Source of the DNA: Longimicrobiales bacterium
Lineage (GTDB): Bacteria > Gemmatimonadota > Gemmatimonadetes > Longimicrobiales > Gaopeijiaceae
Length of the DNA: 64,000 bases
Assembly: GCA_965238005.1 (NCBI GenBank)
Contig: OZ250165.1
Coordinates: 1,728,001 to 1,792,000 of the forward strand
Reading direction: 5' to 3'
In this document: positions 60,368-64,000 of the stretch, one piece after another
Numbering within the stretch: position 1 is the first letter of the stretch
How the letters are laid out: every line of letters starts with the position of its first letter
Program-made: the position numbers and the translations under genes
Notes under the pieces: generated by a model
Databases searched by the model: none
What the model was told of the DNA's origin: nothing
What the model saw: only the letters and a program-made list of their open reading frames with translations

Positions 60368-60751
60368 ATGAGACACACTCGAAGAAAGTTTCTCGCGACC
60401 ATCTTGACCGTTCTCGCCACCAGCGCGTTGTCGTGCGGCGGCGGCGGCGACGAGGGCTCCGACGGCCTCACCCCACCGACCGATGTGGACTGCCTTTCCA
60501 ACGGAGCTACGGCGGACATTGGGGGATTTGGACCAACGAGCCACGCGCTGTCGGTCTCCCCAGAAGACGTGCGGGCAGGCGTGGCCAAGACCTACGAAGT
60601 CTTTAGCCCGAGCAACCACCCACACAACGTGACGCTCACGGCCGACCACTTCGCCTCGCTCCAGGCCAATCAGTCCGTAACGGTCCCCGTCAGCATCTTC
60701 CAGGGCCGATTTAGTGACCACACTCACAACGCAGTGGTCAGCTGCCTCTGA
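60368..60751 (+). CDS. Tat-like lipoprotein with HxH motifs
   Basis: TRRKFL, ALSC lipobox, SHAL, NHPHNV, DHTHNA. Confidence 0.75.
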   Translation: MRHTRRKFLATILTVLATSALSCGGGGDEGSDGLTPPTDVDCLSNGATADIGGFGPTSHALSVSPEDVRAGVAKTYEVFSPSNHPHNVTLTADHFASLQANQSVTVPVSIFQGRFSDHTHNAVVSCL

Positions 60752-60875
60752 CGAGTGGAGCTAATCACCTTGCTGCGCGTGCCAGCGCCTGGTCCATGCC
60801 CGACGCCAGCGTCTCGGAGTCTCGTCGAAGAGCTGTGAAGCGTTCCGCAGGTTTGTTCTCGACGAATGCCCGGCC

Positions 60876-61130
60876 ATGGAGACGATGCAATGCATCTGTG
60901 AGGGCTCGAAACACTTCGGAGGAACGACGGGCGAGAGTGTTACCATGACGCGGGAACACGGTGGAGCCTTCTCCTCCGGCTTCACCAAGGGCTTCGACAT
61001 CTCGCGGCTGGAAGTCGAGAGAAGCGACGGGTCCACAGTGTTCTTTGACGTCGAACTCGATACCGTCCTTCAGTTCTGGGAGGACTTCTTCGAGAAGTCC
61101 CTTGAGCCGCGAGGTGACCTGACCGTCTAG
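60876..61130 (+). CDS. Small hypothetical protein
   Basis: 84-aa ORF; may be a fragment. Confidence 0.35.
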   Translation: METMQCICEGSKHFGGTTGESVTMTREHGGAFSSGFTKGFDISRLEVERSDGSTVFFDVELDTVLQFWEDFFEKSLEPRGDLTV

Positions 61131-61368
61131 CGAGCCCCAGTAGCCGCACAACCTAACCGCACATATCAGGATTTTCCCACTAGCGCGGATATGCTGTGCG
61201 TGGCCGGCGGGTGAGGGTGGCGTAGCCCTCGGCTCGGAGGTTGCCATCTCAAGCTGCTCATGGGCATGGTGATCGGGTAGAGAAACGCGGAGACGTTAGG
61301 TGGAAGCTTCGAGGCGTCATGCCCGGAGTGCGCAGGTCGTCGCAGGCGTGTGAGGTGGAGGGGCCCTA

Positions 61369-62033
61369 TTGGCTGTATCAGACTTCATAGTCCAGTTGTC
61401 TCAATGGACGGTGAGCTTAGGTGTAGGCGTAGGCGTAGGCGCTGTCGCGTGGCTTACGCGCTCGCTGTTCCGCCAGTTACTCGACAAAGATCTTGAGTCC
61501 TACAAGGCCGAGCTACAGCGATCCTCCATCGAGCACGCGACACGATTTCACCGGCTCCATGAGCGTCGTGTCGAAGCAATCGACGGACTCTATCGGGGCC
61601 TCGTTCGGGCGCAGAACGCCTTCATGAATTTGAGCGGCGGCATCATCGGCGATGGGGGGGATACGATGAGCGACTGGAGAAGGCAGGCGCAGCCGGGCAA
61701 GAGCTTCTCGAATTTTTCAGCGAGAACAGGCTCTACTTCGACGAGCCCATCGTTCAGGGATTTGGAGCCATCGACAGAGTTCTCCACGACGCTTGGTATA
61801 CCTTCGCGTTAGAACGCCGGGATAAGTCCGATTATCCTATTCCTCAAGACGAGCGAGAGAGATACGTCAAGGTCTGGCGAGACGCTCGCGACGGTGTGAA
61901 CAAGAGGGTCCCGGAGCTACTGGATCAACTGGAGACCGAGATGCGGCTGATTCTTGGAGCTTCAGCTCGACGGCTATTCCCCGACGGAGTCGAAGGTCCC
62001 CGGCATGTGTTGACTAGACCACCGGACGAGTAG
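61369..62033 (+). pseudogene. Hypothetical membrane-anchored protein, frameshifted near 61665
   Basis: TM then LESYKAEL...LHERRVEAI; continues in another frame as NRLYFDE...LETEMRLILG. Confidence 0.6.
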
Positions 62034-62058
62034 GCTTCACGGTCCGAGCCTTCTAGAA

Positions 62059-62708
62059 ATGGAGGGATTCGTGCTCAACTCTCAGGAAAAAAACCTTCTG
62101 TCGGAGATCGCCTCAGCAGGGGGCATCTCCTTCGTTGATTCGGACTGGGAGCTTCTCAATGGAATCGGACTCGTCCGAGCCATTCCCGAGACACGGAAGC
62201 AGGGTGGAACGAGATCAACCACGGCCTCGGGCGAGGCGTGGTCCAGCTATCAGCCAAAGGGTATGCCTTCGTTCCTGTCAATCGGATTGAGGAGCAATTC
62301 GGCAACACCCTTAGGGGTAATTATCCAGAAGCGAACGAGACGTTTCTACGGTTTGCGACGACGTATTGGACCCTTGAGTGCTGGGTCGCGGACAATGTCG
62401 AGAGTGACTTGGAGACCGAACCCATGGGCAAGGTCTGTTTGGCGGCTATTGAAGACAACCTGGGTTCGATTTTCTTTCCGACTCCTGGCCCGGTGAAGAT
62501 TGACCCAGACCAGCGGGAAGATGCTCAGCGACGTTTGATGACCAAGTTTGACGCGCCTATCGATATCGAAGACTTCATGCGTGGCAATCCCATCCTCATT
62601 CGTGATCGCCAGCGTGAGGCTGGAGGCGGAGGCGGAGGCTGTGCAGTTGCACTCATGACACTTCCAGCAGCGCTCATTCAGTCGGGGCTAGGCAGATTTG
62701 GCGCGTAA
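62059..62708 (+). pseudogene. Hypothetical protein, apparently frameshifted
   Basis: Two overlapping ORFs (62059, 62238) that join into one protein-like sequence. Confidence 0.45.
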
Positions 62709-62849
62709 GATTTCCATGAAAAAGGATCAGAGCAATGCATCTTACCCGAGAAGAGAATCCAGACGAGATCCGAAGGTTTGAGTACATCAAACCAGCACCT
62801 GTATTTGGCGCACCGCGATCAGTATTCGATAGCCTTCGCAGCAACCCCA

Positions 62850-64000
62850 CCCATGGACGAGGCGGAGCTTGCGACCTGCACCCGCCACACTGACCGGGAA
62901 ACGCCTCCGAAAGAGCCGGTACGGGAAGCCTGGATGCCGATTGGCCGACGGGGCGGCAAGAGCCGGAACGCGGCGATCGCAGCCCTGTTCCTCGCCATCC
63001 GGTTCGACTCTTCTCGACTGGCCCCTGGCGAGACGGCGATCGTCCCCCTTCTCGCCGCAGACCGGCGCCAGGCACGCCAGGTTCTTGGCTACCTCAAGGG
63101 GCTCTGTGAGCTGGAGGAGTTCGCCTCTTACGTCCAACAGGGTACTCAGGGAGCGCGTCGAGCTGCATAACGGGGTCAACATCGAGGTTCACACTGCGAG
63201 CTATCGCACCACGCGGGGCTATACCTGCATCGGCGTGGTGTGTGACGAGATCGCGTTCTGGCGAACCGACGACGGATCGGCGAATCCGGACGTTGAGGTT
63301 CTCCAGGCGCTCCGTCCCGGCATGGCCACCGTACCGGACGCTCTCCTTCTCGGTCTCTCGTCGCCCTACGCGGCGAGGGGCGAGCTTTACAACGCTGTCG
63401 AGCGGTCCTTCGGAAAGGAGGACCCGCGCGTGCTCGTGTGGAACGCGGCCACCGCTTCAATGAACCCCGAGGTGCCCGCTCACATCATCGAGCGCGCCTT
63501 CACGGAGGATCCGGTGTCAGCCGCCTCCGAGTATGTACAGGACGGCCGGGTCCAGTTCCGACGGGACGTCGAGGCGTTCCTGGACGCGGGGGCGGTCCGA
63601 GCCGTGACGGTGGAGGGGAGGCGCGAGATCCCGCCGCGAAACGGCGTGCGGTACACCGCCTTCGTGGACCCGAGCGGCGGGTCCCAAGACTCCTTCACTC
63701 TCGCAATCGCGCACCGCGAGGGGGAGCTGGCGGTGCTCGACGCGGTGCGTGAGGTGCGCCCTCCGTTTTCCCCGGACGAGGTGGTACGAGACTTCGCCGC
63801 GTTCCTTCGAGCGTACCGGATCTACACGGTGACGGGCGACCGCTACGCAGGCGAATGGCCCCGCGAGCGGTTCCGGAGACACGGGGTGAAGTACGAGCCC
63901 TCCACTCGCACGAAGTCGGATATCTATCGCGAGGCGGTGGCTCCGGTGAACGGTGGGACCGTTGCTCTCTTGGACCTCCCGGTGCTCCGCGCGCAGCTCC
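62850..64000 (+). pseudogene. Phage terminase large subunit-like ATPase/nuclease; 5'-truncated, frameshifted, runs off the window
   Basis: Walker A GRRGGKS; after a frameshift near 63138, VVCDEIAFW (Walker B), SSPY, AFVDPSGG, TGDRYAGEW. Confidence 0.85.

Overview
GC-rich bacterial accessory DNA. The taxon is probably Gemmatimonadota-like, inferred from PadR/ADOP-permease pairs, the MSDPVARLNAALEGRY-type Ser/Thr kinase and an ECF-kinase pair. The window is crowded with mobile DNA: a cargo-carrying IS1595 (773-3335), three near-identical IS1182 copies, two IS256, one IS3, an IS481 end, two tyrosine integrases, a tRNA-Pro att-like fragment, and a tRNA-Arg(TCT)-anchored island ending in a broken terminase gene. 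Many short gene fragments and frameshifted genes are also present. Apparently intact cargo includes a serpin, an S9 peptidase, cysH, an AhpD-like/cyclase pair, a phnDCEE-like ABC transporter (one permease frameshifted), RidA, a proline-racemase-family gene and an AT-rich NAD-dependent formate dehydrogenase. Two non-annotated signals stand out. (1) Two poly-cysteine leader peptides lie in tandem upstream of cysH, each with a terminator and a competing antiterminator, consistent with a double Cys-sensing transcription attenuator. (2) Inside the IS1595, a ~72-nt tRNA-like RNA resembles the tRNA-like domain of tmRNA (G3:U70 and A73 alanine identity, no mRNA domain, a UUA anticodon-like loop) and is followed by a strong-SD Met-Pro-Pro mini-ORF and a terminator. 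All calls were made by eye; no database searches were run.
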